From Podarcis gaigeae (taxonomy: Eukaryota), in the NCBI GenBank assembly GCA_964106915.2, contig OZ066917.1: a stretch of DNA of 64,000 nucleotides. The stretch is one strand, 5' to 3'. This document shows, one piece after another, positions 12,543 through 25,528 of this stretch; within the stretch, counting starts at the first letter, position 1, and each line of letters opens with the position of its first letter. The notes below the pieces were generated by a model that was not told where the DNA came from, did no database searches, and saw only the letters and a list, made by a program, of their open reading frames with translations. A program made the translations under genes and the position numbers.

Positions 12543-12678
12543 CAGGCTTCCTCAAACTCAGCCCTCCAGATGTTTTGAGACTGCAATTCCCATCATCCCT
12601 GACCACTGGTCCTGCTAGCTAGGGATCATGGGAGTTGTAGGCTAAAAACATCTGGAGGGCCGAGTTTGAGGAAGCCTG
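12543..12678. mobile_element. Palindromic hAT MITE
   Basis: TIR CAGGCTTCCTCAAAC and 8-bp TSD GGCTAAGC on both sides. Confidence 0.93.
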
Positions 12679-14723
12679 GGCTAAGCAATGACTCCATCTG
12701 TGACCGGATGCATCACCCCTTGGGCAACCAATTCCTAAAATAAGTATGTTGGTGTGGATGCACCTTCAGCTTCCTGCCCCTAGAGTGACCCTGCTCTCAT
12801 AAAATACTTGGATCTGTAGGGCAGAAGTATCAGACACGAAACATCTCATCTTTTAGGCTTAAAAAACAACAACATCCCTCCCATGTTATATTGCAAGATT
12901 AAAGAAAGAGAAAATCAGATCAAATACCGCAAGCTCTCTGCTAGGGATAAACTACAGAGGCAGGACACAGGCTCGCCTCCCATAATTCAACTATTAAGAT
13001 GATTAATCTTGCCAAAGACACCCTTGGCAAAACATTCTATTTAAACAAGAAATGGGAGGGAAGTAGAAGGAACTGGTCAAGAACTGAAGGGGAGCTGGGG
13101 TGGGAGAAGGGGAAAGAGAATGACGATTCGCAGAGCAGCGCCAAAACCAGCAAAGAGTCCCATGGGTTCCCACATCTGAGCTCGAAGGGGAGGCAGTCAA
13201 CGGCTGCTTTGTCCCACTTTGAAGGCACTCTTCCCCAGAGGCTAGCAATCTTCAAAGACAGCCTTCTCCTGGAGAGAACTTATGAAATATTACAAAGTTT
13301 CCCAGAGCTTGCCCTAGTTTTCGGAGCCTCTGACAGAATTTGGCCTTTTTGATGTAGGAGAAGGGAGGGCAACAGGCAAAAATGAAAAAGATACAGAGGG
13401 GTTCTTGCGAATCACAGGACAACCTTGCACATACGTGCACACGTACACCCCCACCCCACCCCCCATGGCTAGTTCAATTAATCTGAAGTGAAGTTACAAG
13501 ATTTGGGCTACAATCCTAGCACCACTTACCGCAATGAACAGGCTAGGTAGACATTCTGTAAGCACTGCACTGTAAGACCACCGAGTTCCACTACAGGTTT
13601 CGCACTCAAAAGGCATTTGAAAATATGCAGTAAAATACAGCTGAGATTTCCAGGAGTATTTATAGCTTGTTTGCAGATGTGAGAATGCCCTTCAAACACT
13701 AAAATGAACCTAAGAGTATAAGACCCCTGTGGGATCGTTGTAGCTTTCTGTTTTCACATTGGCCTAAGGGAAGCCATTGTGCAATAGCCAAACCATCTAG
13801 CTACCTGAAGCAAATGCGCTTCCACACTCAGCTCAAGGTATATAGTACCCAAGGCTAGTCAATTTATTTTGGCACCTGAAGCAGAAAAGTCCCACAAGCG
13901 TTCCTCCATCACAACGGCAGTAAAAATACAACAACCATAATCACCATGACTTAAAATAACTAACCGATACTGCACATCTGCTATCTGAGGCAGCTGTCTA
14001 ACACTAGGGCCGGCCCTAGCAATGGCACTGTCCTGTTCATGTTCCCCAATAGCTGTCATTCAAAGGTATGTAATATTATTTGTGGTGAACTACATTTCCC
14101 ACTTCAATGCCTATTCACCAGTTTGGAGAGATCTTTTTGGAGGTCGCTGGAATCCCTTTTTACCAATCTGGCCAATTAGGCGTCATTCAGCAAACCCAGT
14201 CACCACATTGCTCACACCCAACTCTTTATGAAAGAGTAAAAAAAAGACTAGTCCCAGTACAGTGACTTGACTGCTCCCATGTTCTGCTGTAATGCACAAA
14301 GACAGGCCTTGCAATGCCTAAACCCTTGGTAACTTCCAGGCTAAATTACGGCAACGTGTTATATGTAGGGCTGCCTCTGAAGATGGTTTGGAAACTTCAG
14401 CTGGTGCAGAATTAAGCGCCCAGGTTGCTCACCGGGGCAAGACTGTTTGCACATATTACACTGATCCTGGCTGGACTGCACTGGCTTGCTAATTAGCTTC
14501 TGGGCCCGATTCAAAGTGCTGGTTTGGACCTATGAAGCTTGAAATGGCCCAGGACCACAATACCTCAAAGACCGCCCCTCCCCATACAAACTGACAGGAC
14601 TCTGCGATCATCCTCTTCTTCATGTGCCTTGTCCAAGAGAGTTTTGAGGGTGGCAACATGAGAACAGGCCTTTTCTGCAGTTGCTCCCCATTTGTGGAAG
14701 GTCCATCCAGTGCCTTCGTTATA

Positions 14724-14946
14724 CAGTGGTACCTTGGGTTAAGTACGTAATTCGTTCCAGAGGTCCGTACTTAACCTGAAACTGTTCTTAACCTGAAGCA
14801 CCACTTTAGCTAATGGGGCCTCCCGCTGCTCCACCGCCGGAGCACAATTTCTGTTCTCACCATGAAGCAAAGTTCTTAACCTGAAGCACTATTTCTGGGT
14901 TAGCGGAGTCTGTAACCTGAAGCGTATGTAACCCGAGGTACCACTG
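14724..14946. mobile_element. Tigger-like MITE, family A, nested in L2
   Basis: TIRs and TA TSD, interrupting an L2 3' fragment. Confidence 0.9.
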
Positions 14947-15066
14947 TACTTCTTTTAGGTGCCAGGTAAAAATGCTCCCCTTTAACCAGACTTTTGGCTG
15001 ATTAATATTCTACAGCCTTTTAAATGTGTTTGGGGAAAGGTTGTTGTTTTGTTTTTGTTTTAACTA

Positions 15067-15243
15067 CAGTGGTACCTCGGGTTAAGAACTTAATTCGTTC
15101 TGGAGGTCTGTTCTTAACCTGAAACTGTTCTTAACCTGAAGCACCACTTTAGCTAATGGGGCCTCCCACTGCTGCTGCGCTGCAGCTGCGCGATTTCTGT
15201 TCTCATCCTGAAGCAAAGTTCTTAACCCAAGGTTGTACCACTG
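15067..15243. mobile_element. Tigger-like MITE, family A, internally deleted
   Basis: CAGTGGTACCTC...GTACCACTG, lacking the ttctgggttagc segment. Confidence 0.85.
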
Positions 15244-16429
15244 CATCTCTTTTGTGCTTTTATCCTGTATTCTTATCTTGTGAGCTGCCCTTAGATCTTC
15301 GAATGAAGGGTGGTAGATAATTAACAACAATACTTTGGAAATATATTGGAATTCACACAAAACCTGTGCAAACACACACAGAGATATTGAGAGAGAGAGA
15401 GAGAGTACTAAGTGTTTAAGCCTGTCCTTCCTCAAAATAATATTATTATTACAGCTTCACTTCCTGTGGTTTTGTCCCCACAGGGAAAGGAAAGGTTAGG
15501 AAAATTATGCAGTGGGACTTGACAATGTTGAAGACTTTGTACTAAGCAATGCAGGTGTGCACCTCCAGAATATAATCCATTTTGTGATTACCTGCTTATG
15601 AAATGGCATGAAGTCATTATGGTTTATCTTTTTTACAGAAGGAAGTTGGCACATTTAGTTGTATTAAGGAAGGTGGTACTTGAGAATAATTAAAGAAAAA
15701 CAAGCAGAAGTCACTCTGGGGGCAATCCCTTCTATGAAAGGACTATGGAAAAGAACACGGAGAGGGGGAGTTAATTCACAACAAGGTTAATTTACTCTCT
15801 TGGAGAATCAAGGACAAATAAAAAATAATATAATTACAAGGAAGGGCAGAGTCACAAATAATGTGGCCAGGTCCCTAAGGTACATGGTACCCTGGCTCCT
15901 GCATGTGCTATTCTCTTGCAGAGCAGAATAAAATTCCTACTCAAACTGGATTAACAATACTGGAAATTGCATTAGGCAACATGGGCGGCAGGATGGTGCA
16001 ATGAGAGTATGAGCAAGGGAAACAACATTAGGCTCTGTGACTATTATTACTGCCGTTATTAACTTGTCACTTTGCCGTAGTATTGCCTGAAAGCAGGCCA
16101 ACATGATTGAATTACTGGAGAGGAGAGTGGAGAACTGTTTCTTGGTAAATATGACAACATTAACTCTTTCCTGAGATTCTCACAACTACTCCCTGCTTCC
16201 CCCTGTCCCTATACCCCTTCCCCAACAAGCTGGAGAAAACCACTAGGGCAAGTAATAGCTCTCAAAAGTCCTGTGAGAGCATGGAATGTACATCCCTCAC
16301 TCTGGGAAGCTGAGAGTGTGATTTCTTAAGCCAGTTCAAACAAAATTAATTGTCTTGAGTGTACCATGGAACAGCTTTCAAAAGCTGCAGTTAAAACTCC
16401 CACTTCAACTGCTTGCTGAATTTTCTGCA

Positions 16430-16950
16430 CATCTGTAGTGACAACCTGCTTGGACTACTGTAATGCACTCCATGTGGGGCTGTCCCTGAAGATAGTGGTG
16501 GCAGCTGGTGCAGGTTGCGGTTGACGGATTGGTAGGTGGGGGCAGCCTATAGGACAATGTGACACAGGCCCTGAAAGCCCTGCATTGGCTGCCACTGAGC
16601 TACTGGGCCCAATTCAAGATGCTGGTACAGTGGTACCTTGGTTTACATACGCTTCAGGTTACAGACTCCGCTAACCCAGAAATAGTACCTCGGGATAAGA
16701 ACTTTGCTTCAGGATGAGAACAGAAATCGTGGCAGCGGCAGCGTGGCAGCAGTGGGAGGCCCCATTAGCTAAAGTGGTGCTTCAGGTTAAGAACAGTTTC
16801 AGGTTAAGAACGGACCTCTGGAACGAATTAAGTACGTAACCAGAGGTACCACTGTACTAGCATATAAATCCCTAAATGGTTTGGGGCCCAAGTACCTAAA
16901 GGTGTGCCTGTCCCAATAACAGCCACCTTGGGCCCTATGATTGCCCAGTG
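16430..16950 (+). mobile_element. L2 LINE fragment, interrupted by a MITE
   Basis: LDYCNALHVGLSLK...LKALHWLP...QFKML...NGLGPKYL remnant. Confidence 0.78.
16628..16854. mobile_element. Tigger-like MITE, family A (opposite orientation), nested in L2
   Basis: TIRs and TA TSD, splitting the L2 'FKMLV|LAYKSLNGLGP' coding remnant. Confidence 0.9.
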
Positions 16951-17236
16951 GGGTTTGGGGGGTGGTACTGAAGAAGAATGTCCCATTTCCCTATATTTCT
17001 CTGTTTTGTTAATCACAATAACATATATATTATTTTAGTGATTAACTGAATCCTAAAATGGATTCAGAGCAAGATGACATGCTTAATACTTTCATAACTC
17101 TCTCCTCTCTCTCCACCCACCCACCCCTAATTAGTGTAAGATAAATTATGGTGGCAGGATGGAGAGGAAAGTTCAGGCAGCTAGGTACTACTAGCGAACA
17201 TGCTTTGTGAGATGAGGAAGAAAACGGTCACTGATT

Positions 17237-17488
17237 AGAACATAAGAAAAGCCTGCTGGATCAGGCCAGCATCCTGTTCTCACAGTGGTCAATCAGAGGC
17301 CTGTGGGAAACCAACAAGCAGCCTCTGAGCACAAGAGCACTCTTCTGTGGTTTCCAGCAACTGGTATTTAGAAGGATTACCCAGAGCCATCGATAGCCAT
17401 CGCCTCCAAGATCTTCTCTAATCCTCTTTTAAAGCCACCCAGGTTGGTATCCATCACTGCCTCTTTTGGGAGTTCCATCGTTTAACTT
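17237..17488 (-). mobile_element. CR1 LINE 3' fragment
   Basis: agaacataagaaaagcctgctggatcaggcc...ctaatcctcttttaaagcca. Homologs at about 53336-53535 (-), 39660-39782 (+) and 47380-47480 (+). Confidence 0.72.
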
Positions 17489-18036
17489 GGTGCTGCTAGT
17501 GATTTTGGCCAAAGCAACTTACATCAAAATAATTTCACAAGAAAGAAGCATGAGCAAGAAAACCCATCTGAACTATTAAAATATATAGACACTACCAATG
17601 TTTTAAACACCCATTTCCTTAGTTAGGTCATTTAACTATCACATAGTTATTTGAGACCCTTTCATATAACATCCGAGGCCAGACATACATGGCTGAGTGG
17701 GAAGAATCCAACAGGTTGGGAGGGCCAACCAAGCCACTTAAGAGTCAGTTTAGGGGATGCTGTTATTGGCTACACTAAGAACAGTTAGTAATGGTCCTTA
17801 AACAGATAAGCAGTGCTTTATAAACACTGATGCATCAGAATCTGCCCATGTGGTTAGTGTTGGAGGAACAGCCTGCTGCAAGTACTAGCCACAGGTCACA
17901 CAAGACAATGAGATACTCTAGGCTTGTGTTCAAACCTTGACAGAAATTCATGTTTTGAAATCATCAAGGAGATTTAGGGTCAACTCTGATTTTGAAAAGC
18001 AAAAGCTGATCTGAAATAAACAGGTGCCATATATAT

Positions 18037-18079
<43 letters not shown>

Positions 18080-20540
18080 AAGAAGGCACCTATAAAATTT
18101 GGACGGGAAGAAGAAAAAGAACATCTATAACTTTTTCATATATATACGTCTGTGTCTGTGAAAAATAGAAGACTTCACAGCATGTCAAAATCTGAAGCAC
18201 ACATAAATAAAAAGGCTATGAGGGAAGAATTCCAGTGCAAGATGCATCTGCCGTCAGAAAATGTGTACGCCTCAATGATCGCTGGTGAATTAGAATATGG
18301 AGATGTGAAAAATGGAAAACAGAACTTGCATCAAGCAGCAGATTCAAAGGGCAAAATCACACACTGAGCTGTTTCATCAATGGCTCATCAAAAAGCCTTC
18401 AAAATAAATGGCGCTGGCACAAATAGGAAAACATTTAATTAAACTCTATTCGAATAAGTCATCCTATAAAGAAATATGCTTATTTACTCTGCAGGTTATT
18501 CATTAGGAGTCAACATTTGTAAAAAAAAGTCATTTAAAAAGTAGAAGTAAAGTCTGGGTGCTGCCAAACTTTTCAAAATTATCTGTATGCAAGTTCAGAA
18601 ACAGGTTTTCACTATTTATCACTATACTGTGTACATCTAAACAATAAAGTTTCAAGCTGGAGAAATGACTTTTTGCAAAGTGCACGAGCAACAAAGAGCA
18701 AAAAACCAAAACCCTTCCAATAAGATTGGTAGGAGTAACACACGTGAACCAAGATGAAAGTCAATCACTTTCAGTAAGTCACAGATGAAATCCTAAGTAT
18801 GAAGTCTTGAAAACATCTTTATTTGTCTGTCTCTACTGGAAGCCACTCAAGCAAACTGTCATTCAGAGGTCCATAGTGGGTAGAACAGATGGTAGCAACA
18901 AAACCCAAGGGCCAGTGGGAAAAAGAAAAGCAAGGTATTAATCAAATGAATCACATGATAAAGAAAAAAAAGCCCCTCCCTTCACTGGTATGGAAGAAAA
19001 ATATGTAAACTTTCTCTCTCTCTCTCTTCTTCAGGAAGCTAAGTATGTACTGTGTTTAACAGCTGCATTGGCAACTTAGCTCAATAATAAAACCTTGAGC
19101 TTGTTATGATGCTGGACCGAGTGGTAATCCCTGCTGTGGTGAGCCGTCCTTTCCAACTTACTTGCAAACATACTGCCTTGTTCCGACAAGGTGTTAGAAA
19201 GTGAGAATCAAGCTTCTGACCTCACATGCCCCTTTCATGAAAAGCATTCCCATCACCAGAAGCACCTGGTATCTCTCATTCAGTCAATTTTAAGCAAATA
19301 GAACTATTGGGATTCAAAACACCTCACTAAGGTCATGGCTTATGGTTATCCAAATGGCAGAGGAGGATCTGCAGTAGGTAGATGGACAGTCCTCCTCTGC
19401 TCCAGAGGATTTGACTAGGGAGCCTTCTATTAAACCATTTTGTTAAAATTATGCTTCAGTCTCATCAAAGCTGCCTTTTGATGAGCCGAAACTCTGGCTA
19501 TGATACTGTGCTCTAGCCCCAAACCCTAGAAATCCTTATTCAAAGACGAGTTGGAATAATTGCAATAAACAAAAGCAGGGCATGGACTAAAACGACCCTG
19601 CTTATGCACAAAAGTGCATTTTGCTCTCTCCAGCCAAAACAATTCTAAGTCACACAAATATACCAGAGTATTTCTCAAGGGTTCCTTGCTTCATGCTCCC
19701 CCCGTTGGACTTGTTGAAGTCAGTTGGCCCATAACCTGTTATACTGGGCCCACCATCTGCTGTTGATACTACACTGCACATTGACCAATGTGACCAGCAG
19801 AGTATGCACAGCTCCAGCAGAGTCACCCAGCAAATGTCAGGGTGTTTCTGCTTCCCAGCAGCCAGCTTTTCCCAAGAGTTCCTGGTTGAGAAAACTCCTT
19901 ACCCACTCAGTTCAGTTCAAAGTGTTTAATGTCTCATGGCGATAAGCATAAACACACTATCTGCATAAACTTAAAACATAAACATTAAAAAATGCTAGTA
20001 CATCACAAACTAATCTACCGTGATGCAGTTCTCTGGTCTTAGAAATGAAACCTTGTCCAGATACAAGTTTACAGAGAGATCCACTAGCACTTTACCGTGC
20101 TAGCTTCCCATGTTGTACTATCACCATAAAGCACTGAGAAAAATCTCACTCACGCCAATACTGCGGACTCTTAAACCAACCCCTGCACCTACACCCATTC
20201 CGTAGAGAAAGGGAGGGAGGGTGTGTCATACAAACATGAAATGGGCTAGCGCAGAAATATGGTGGGAGATGACTGGGCTACGGCAAAGTACATTTCACCC
20301 CCTTGACAGGTGTATCGGGAGACAGCTGCCACACTTACCACTAGCTGAACAAGTGTCCCTCTTAAGAGGTAAGGCAAACGACTTTCAAGGGAGAGTTGCA
20401 GTAGCAGCAGCAGCTAATTGTAAAGTATGGATTGCCTTGAGCAATCCTGGATAGAGGGGATATAGCGGTAGCCATACAGAGGTAATCATTTGTCCCTCCC
20501 TTTACTGGTGTCCCCCTTGTGCGGTTCACCCATGTCAGGC

Positions 20541-20607
20541 AGAGAAGAGAAGAGAAGAGAAGAGAAGAGAAGAGAAGAGAAGAGAAGAGAAGAGAAGAGA
20601 AGAGAAG
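20541..20607. repeat. (AGAAG)n microsatellite
   Basis: Direct inspection. It is the source of the spurious 'REEKR' ORF. Confidence 0.95.
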
Positions 20608-21899
20608 GAATACTTTTCTTTCTACTTCCTGAAAGCTGTACCCTTTACACCAGAGAAAGAGAACCTTCCCTTTCTGAATCAACAAGTTTATAGCCCCTCC
20701 TCCTTGTGAATTAAGGGGAAGGACCACTCCTGAAGTAACTGAAATGCCTCCCAGAGTCAGTGGAGAATAGAAAATATCTCAAAAGCTTGTAGGCTTCACT
20801 TTTGGCAAGAAGAAATAAGTCTTTAAGAAAGATCCCGTTGAGAAGCTCCATAAACAAACTTTGAATTCTACACCTTTATGTTTTCTTTCGTGAAACTGGC
20901 TGACAGAGTCAGTGACTGACTGCAGGCTATGCTTTAGTACCCGCTGATTCGCAGGGAGATTATCTTAATTCGGGACAGATTTTGGAATGACTTGCCTTAA
21001 AATAACTATTCTTTTCGGCCCAGTGGAACTAGGAAAAGGGTTTTGGTCCCTGCCAGCCACTCACCGTCAATTAGCGGCTCAACCAGCAAATTGATAGCGA
21101 AGTTGTAGGCCCCACTGCTAAAGTTAAATAATATTTCATAGTCCTTTCCCTTTCCACAGTTGAGCACAGTTATACAAACTTATCATCCCATGACAATAAG
21201 GACTGTACAATGGCAGACTTTGGTACCATCAGGTAATGGCCGCTGGTGCAGGGAAGTGCCTGACTGGCAGGGCTTCTTAAATTAATTGGCCAAAGAGTTG
21301 AACTAACTGAGAAAATGAAATTGCTCTCTGAGCCAGAAGTTCTATGATAGACCACCACCATGCTGCCGACCTTTTCTAACCCTTAGCTTCTGACTGTTCT
21401 GCTCTTTACTGCAGTTCCAATCAATCTGCCTGTTCAGTGGCCCGCAGTTTTCAGAGACACCTTAACAGACTGAACTGTCTTTACATTAACCACAATCCAT
21501 ATCCCTGGCACAGAGGCTGATTTTCGTTAAATGCCACTATTAGCTGCTCCATTATATGGGGCTTCCTTTGATAACCCAATGCCCCTGCCCAGCCAATCTC
21601 TAAACCTGAGAGCCAGCAGGTGTTTGTCCAATCAGAAGTGTTGCCACATCTATACTGACCCTTAAATTTTGATACCAACAGGGCTTTGCAGTAGTTTTTG
21701 TTAAAGCAATTCCAGAAGCACTTAGGTTTTATGGTTTGTAGCAAGAGAAGAGAGTATAAATGATTGCTACAGTTCAAGAGACCCTGAGAAACAGGATGTT
21801 CCATTTTCAACTCTATACTCAAACACACAGTGACAATGGACATTGCTCCAGAGCCAATTCCCCAGTTCACCAAAACATTTTTTAATCCTTACCTATCTC

Positions 21900-24800
21900 A
21901 AAGGTTGAGACAATGGGTCAAAGGAATAAACTTCAAACTCAATACTTAAAGTCAAGAATGGTGGATACGTTTTTATTAAAGGGACAATTGACGGCAATTA
22001 AAAAATAACTGTTAGATTTGCATGTGCACCAAACTCAAAGCTACTTGGCTTTATTCAGAAGGTTTTATGTAAATTCAATAAATTGGCTGAGGGAGAAGCT
22101 AGACTAGGGGGCAACTTCAACTTTAATGTAAAAGCAGTGTCTTTAAAAGCCTTGAGCAAGGGCACCACCTGGAAGAACCTTTTAAAAGATAAAAGACCTC
22201 CTATGACTTACTACAGCTCTTCCAAAAATGGGGCTTATACAAGATACGGAGAAAATACAAAATATTTCAGTTTGACATTTCCTTCACCCCAACATGACTC
22301 CTGATCTGTATTAGACTTTTTATTGCTTAAAAGATAAAGGGAAACCCTGACCATTAAGTCTAGTCGTGGACGACTCTGGGTTGTGGCACTCATCTCACTT
22401 TAGTGGCCGAGGGAGCTGGCGTTTGTCCACAGACAGATTCCGGGTCATGTGGCCAGCATGACTAAGCTGCTTCTGGAGAACCAGAGCAGTGTACGGAAAC
22501 GCCGTTTACCTTCCCGCCGGAGCGGTACCTATTTATCTACTTGCACTTTGACGTGCTTTCGAACTGCTAGGTTGGCAGGAGCTGGGACCTAACAACGGGA
22601 GCTCACCCCATCGCAGGGATTCGAACCGCCAAATTTCTGATCAGCAAGCCCTAGGCTCTGTGGTTTAACCCACAGTGCCACCCACGCCCCTTATTGCTTA
22701 CTCCACAAGTTAATTCCATTCACACAGTGAACATTGATAACATCACTGATCATGCTCCAGTAGAAGTGACCATATGACCAAGCAATGAAATCCAAACTTT
22801 GACATCATGGTCATTTAACCAGCCGACTACCTAAAGGAAAAGATAGCAGAAACCCTACAATTCTATTTCAAGGAAAACGACAATGACAACACCAATTCTA
22901 CCAACCTTTGGGAGGCTATGAAAGCAGTGACAAGAGGTATCTGTATCAAAGAAAAAGCATATATTAAAAAACAAGTCTCTACAACAATAACCAAACTAGA
23001 AATGGAAATTACTGAGCTGCTAACTAAATATAAAAGTTCAGGTTCAAAATACCTCCTTAGAGGAATTGAACAAAAGAGACAAGAAATAGACTCCTTAGAA
23101 ATTAATGACTCTAGACTTTTGGCAGATGTAAAAAGAAAAAATCTAAGTCAGGGGTACACAGTATGCAAAAAAGCAATGGCATTAAAACATTTTCTCCTGA
23201 CTTCTGCTCAGAATTTGCCTTTGATTCTAAATTATGTACCTCACGATGCCCAAATTAAAAAAAGAGATATCCACAAATTCTTAGAAAACTTACCCATACC
23301 ATCATTAACCCATGATGAAAAAACCTTTTTAGATAGCCCCATCTCCATAGAAGAAATTGACAAAAACTGAAACCACATAAAGCCCAAGGACCTGATGAGT
23401 TTTATAAAAGATTCAAAGAAATATTATTACCATATATGGTCTGCCTATTTCATGACCTCTCCCCCAAACAGATATGAAAATGGCAGAAAAATAATTACTC
23501 CTGCAAAAGACCCAGAATAAATGCCAAATGAAGGAGGCTGGGGTATCCCAAACCCTGATCTATATTTTATTGCTAACCAAGTAAGACATGCTGTCCCTTT
23601 TATTTTAGATGACACCTCAATGGCTCCAATTGGAAAAAGAACTTATCAAAGGAATACCAACCTCTGCAAACCACTTCTTAGAACTGGGCTAAATGTTCAA
23701 AATAGATTCACACAAACCATACTTAATGCACAGAAAGAGAAGGCAGGAATCCCAACTCCTTGCCTTCCACCCACTGTTTTCATGACACTTCATGACAATT
23801 TTATGTTGCAAAAGGTCTACACTGGTTATCTGACTTTTATAACAGAAGTATAGCACTATCTGACCAAGAAATATGGACTAAACTAGGAAAATTAAAAACC
23901 CCTTGGCTGCTACTCCACCAAATCCACACTTTTCCTGGCTAACCCAGTTTAACAGTAAGGCAGTCATAAGACCATTAACCCCATCTGAAAGACTTGTAAT
24001 ATCCACAGAAGGACATGGCCCAGGTATAAAATCTGCAATCTATAAAATTCTACTCAGTGCATCGGTGGGTTCACTTGATCCTATTGAACACCAACGGGAA
24101 TGAGATTTCAACTACGAACTTGACCCAGGTCAATGGCTTAGACAAAAACAACAAACCTTTAAATCCATTTTCAGTGAGCAATAGGAAATTAATCCCTAAT
24201 CCCTAGGAACCTTGTAATGGCACCTCACCATGTTGCTAGAGGGGTGCCCCACACCCGGTACATATCTCCACGTGTGGTGGGAATGTACAAAAATCCAGCC
24301 TTTCTGGAATTCCATATTCCAATAAATTAATAAAATATCGAAATAACAATTGGAAGTCAAACCATAATTAGCTTCATTATATATAGTTCAAAAGTATATG
24401 GACTTACATAATAAATAATTAATAGGCCATTTATTACAAGTGGCAAGACAGAACGTAACCCGACACTGGCACAATGGTAGACAATTGGTACAAAACAGTT
24501 TGGGAAATAGCCCTCCCTGAGAGATTAACAAAAAGAAAAACTTCAGTTGATGTGGACAGATTGAGAAAGATGGCTTCACCCCAGTGTGGTTTAATTTCAT
24601 AACATATGCCAGTATCCCAGAAAATGAACAATCTCCCCCATCAGCATTTGGCTCAAACTGGTTGATCTAAATTTAAATTTAAACATAAATTATTACCTTC
24701 ACTTCTACACACATACTCAAAGCGGTTTCATTGATAGCATGATAGGAAAAATGACAGTTACTCATACTTAGCCTAAGCACAATTACAAGGGCTATGTGAT

Positions 24801-25050
24801 GTTGAATGCTATTTGTTATCTCTCTTCTATCGTGTTTCCTCATTGTTGCTCTTATTGTTTAAACCAATTCACAAACCCAGAACTTGAACATTGACCACTC
24901 ATAATGAGGCATATATCATAGATATTACAGCAAATTTATTATGTTATTTTTTGGATATACAAATGAGGAGACTTGGTCTACTTATTTGTATCATTTATCA
25001 TTCCCATGATCCTTGTTTATAACCCCCTCGCCCAAGTTATTTAAAAAAGC
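21900..25050 (+). mobile_element. Decayed L1-clade LINE (ORF2 remnants plus 3' UTR), antisense to IGSF3
   Basis: Frameshifted remnants of the endonuclease (FIKGTIDG, GGNFN, DHAPV), LWEAMKAVTRG, LDSPISIEEI, KAxGPD, EGGWGIPN and the C-terminal C..HVWWECTKIQPFW knuckle. A-rich end near 25045. The 5' boundary is uncertain and may extend to about 20730. Confidence 0.85.
22330..22690 (-). mobile_element. Sauria SINE inserted into the L1 endonuclease region
   Basis: Full-length body with TSD TTATTGCTTA at 22320-22329 and 22691-22700. Confidence 0.92.
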
Positions 25051-25348
25051 AAGCAAGCAAGCAAGCAAGCAGCTACAGCATGATGCTGTGTAGGGATAAA
25101 CCAGGGATTAGGCGATTGGTTAGGTTAATGGGCCATATTGTTCATGGTGCTAAAAGTGCCTGTGGGCATCTTGTTGCACATTACTAGCAAACAAGCCTCC
25201 TGTGAACCCTGTTAGCAGTAGTCTTCAGTGACCTTCAAGATATTTAAAAGCAGCAAACCTGGAAAAGCCAAGCAGGGCAAATTAAGCCACTCAAACCAGA
25301 TCAGAGTTCTAAAAGCTTAAGGGCAAACCCAGGTTTCACTTCTTACAC

Positions 25349-25528
25349 CAGGCAGGTCCAAAGTCCATCTTGGGGGCCTAAAAGAAGCTCAACAACTTTG
25401 GGATAAAATCCTAAAAAAAGCTTAACAACTTCAATCCTAAAAAAGGTTAACAAGTCTGGGTTGGCCCTTTGGTCAGCCCTTCACTTCACCAAATCTGGCC
25501 CTCTTTGAAAAAAGTTTGGACACCACTG
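25349..25528. mobile_element. hAT (Charlie-like) MITE
   Basis: CAGG..GTCCAAA / TTTGGACACCACTG ends, 8-bp TSD TCTTACAC/TCTTACAT. Confidence 0.75.

Larger units (their letters stand above)
14320..15330 (+). mobile_element. L2 LINE 3' fragment, interrupted by two MITEs
   Basis: LVTSRLNYGNVLYVGLPLK..KLQLVQN...HIT...LHWL...FKVLV remnant, typical of the L2 ORF2 C-terminus. Confidence 0.82.

Noticed and set aside
19476-19500. TTGATGAGCCGAAACTC hammerhead-like string
   Set aside because: It lacks the core C and has no stem II or convincing stem I, so it is probably chance.
22918-23853. 150-aa and 110-aa plus-strand ORFs as a nested gene
   Set aside because: Fragments of a frameshifted L1 ORF2.
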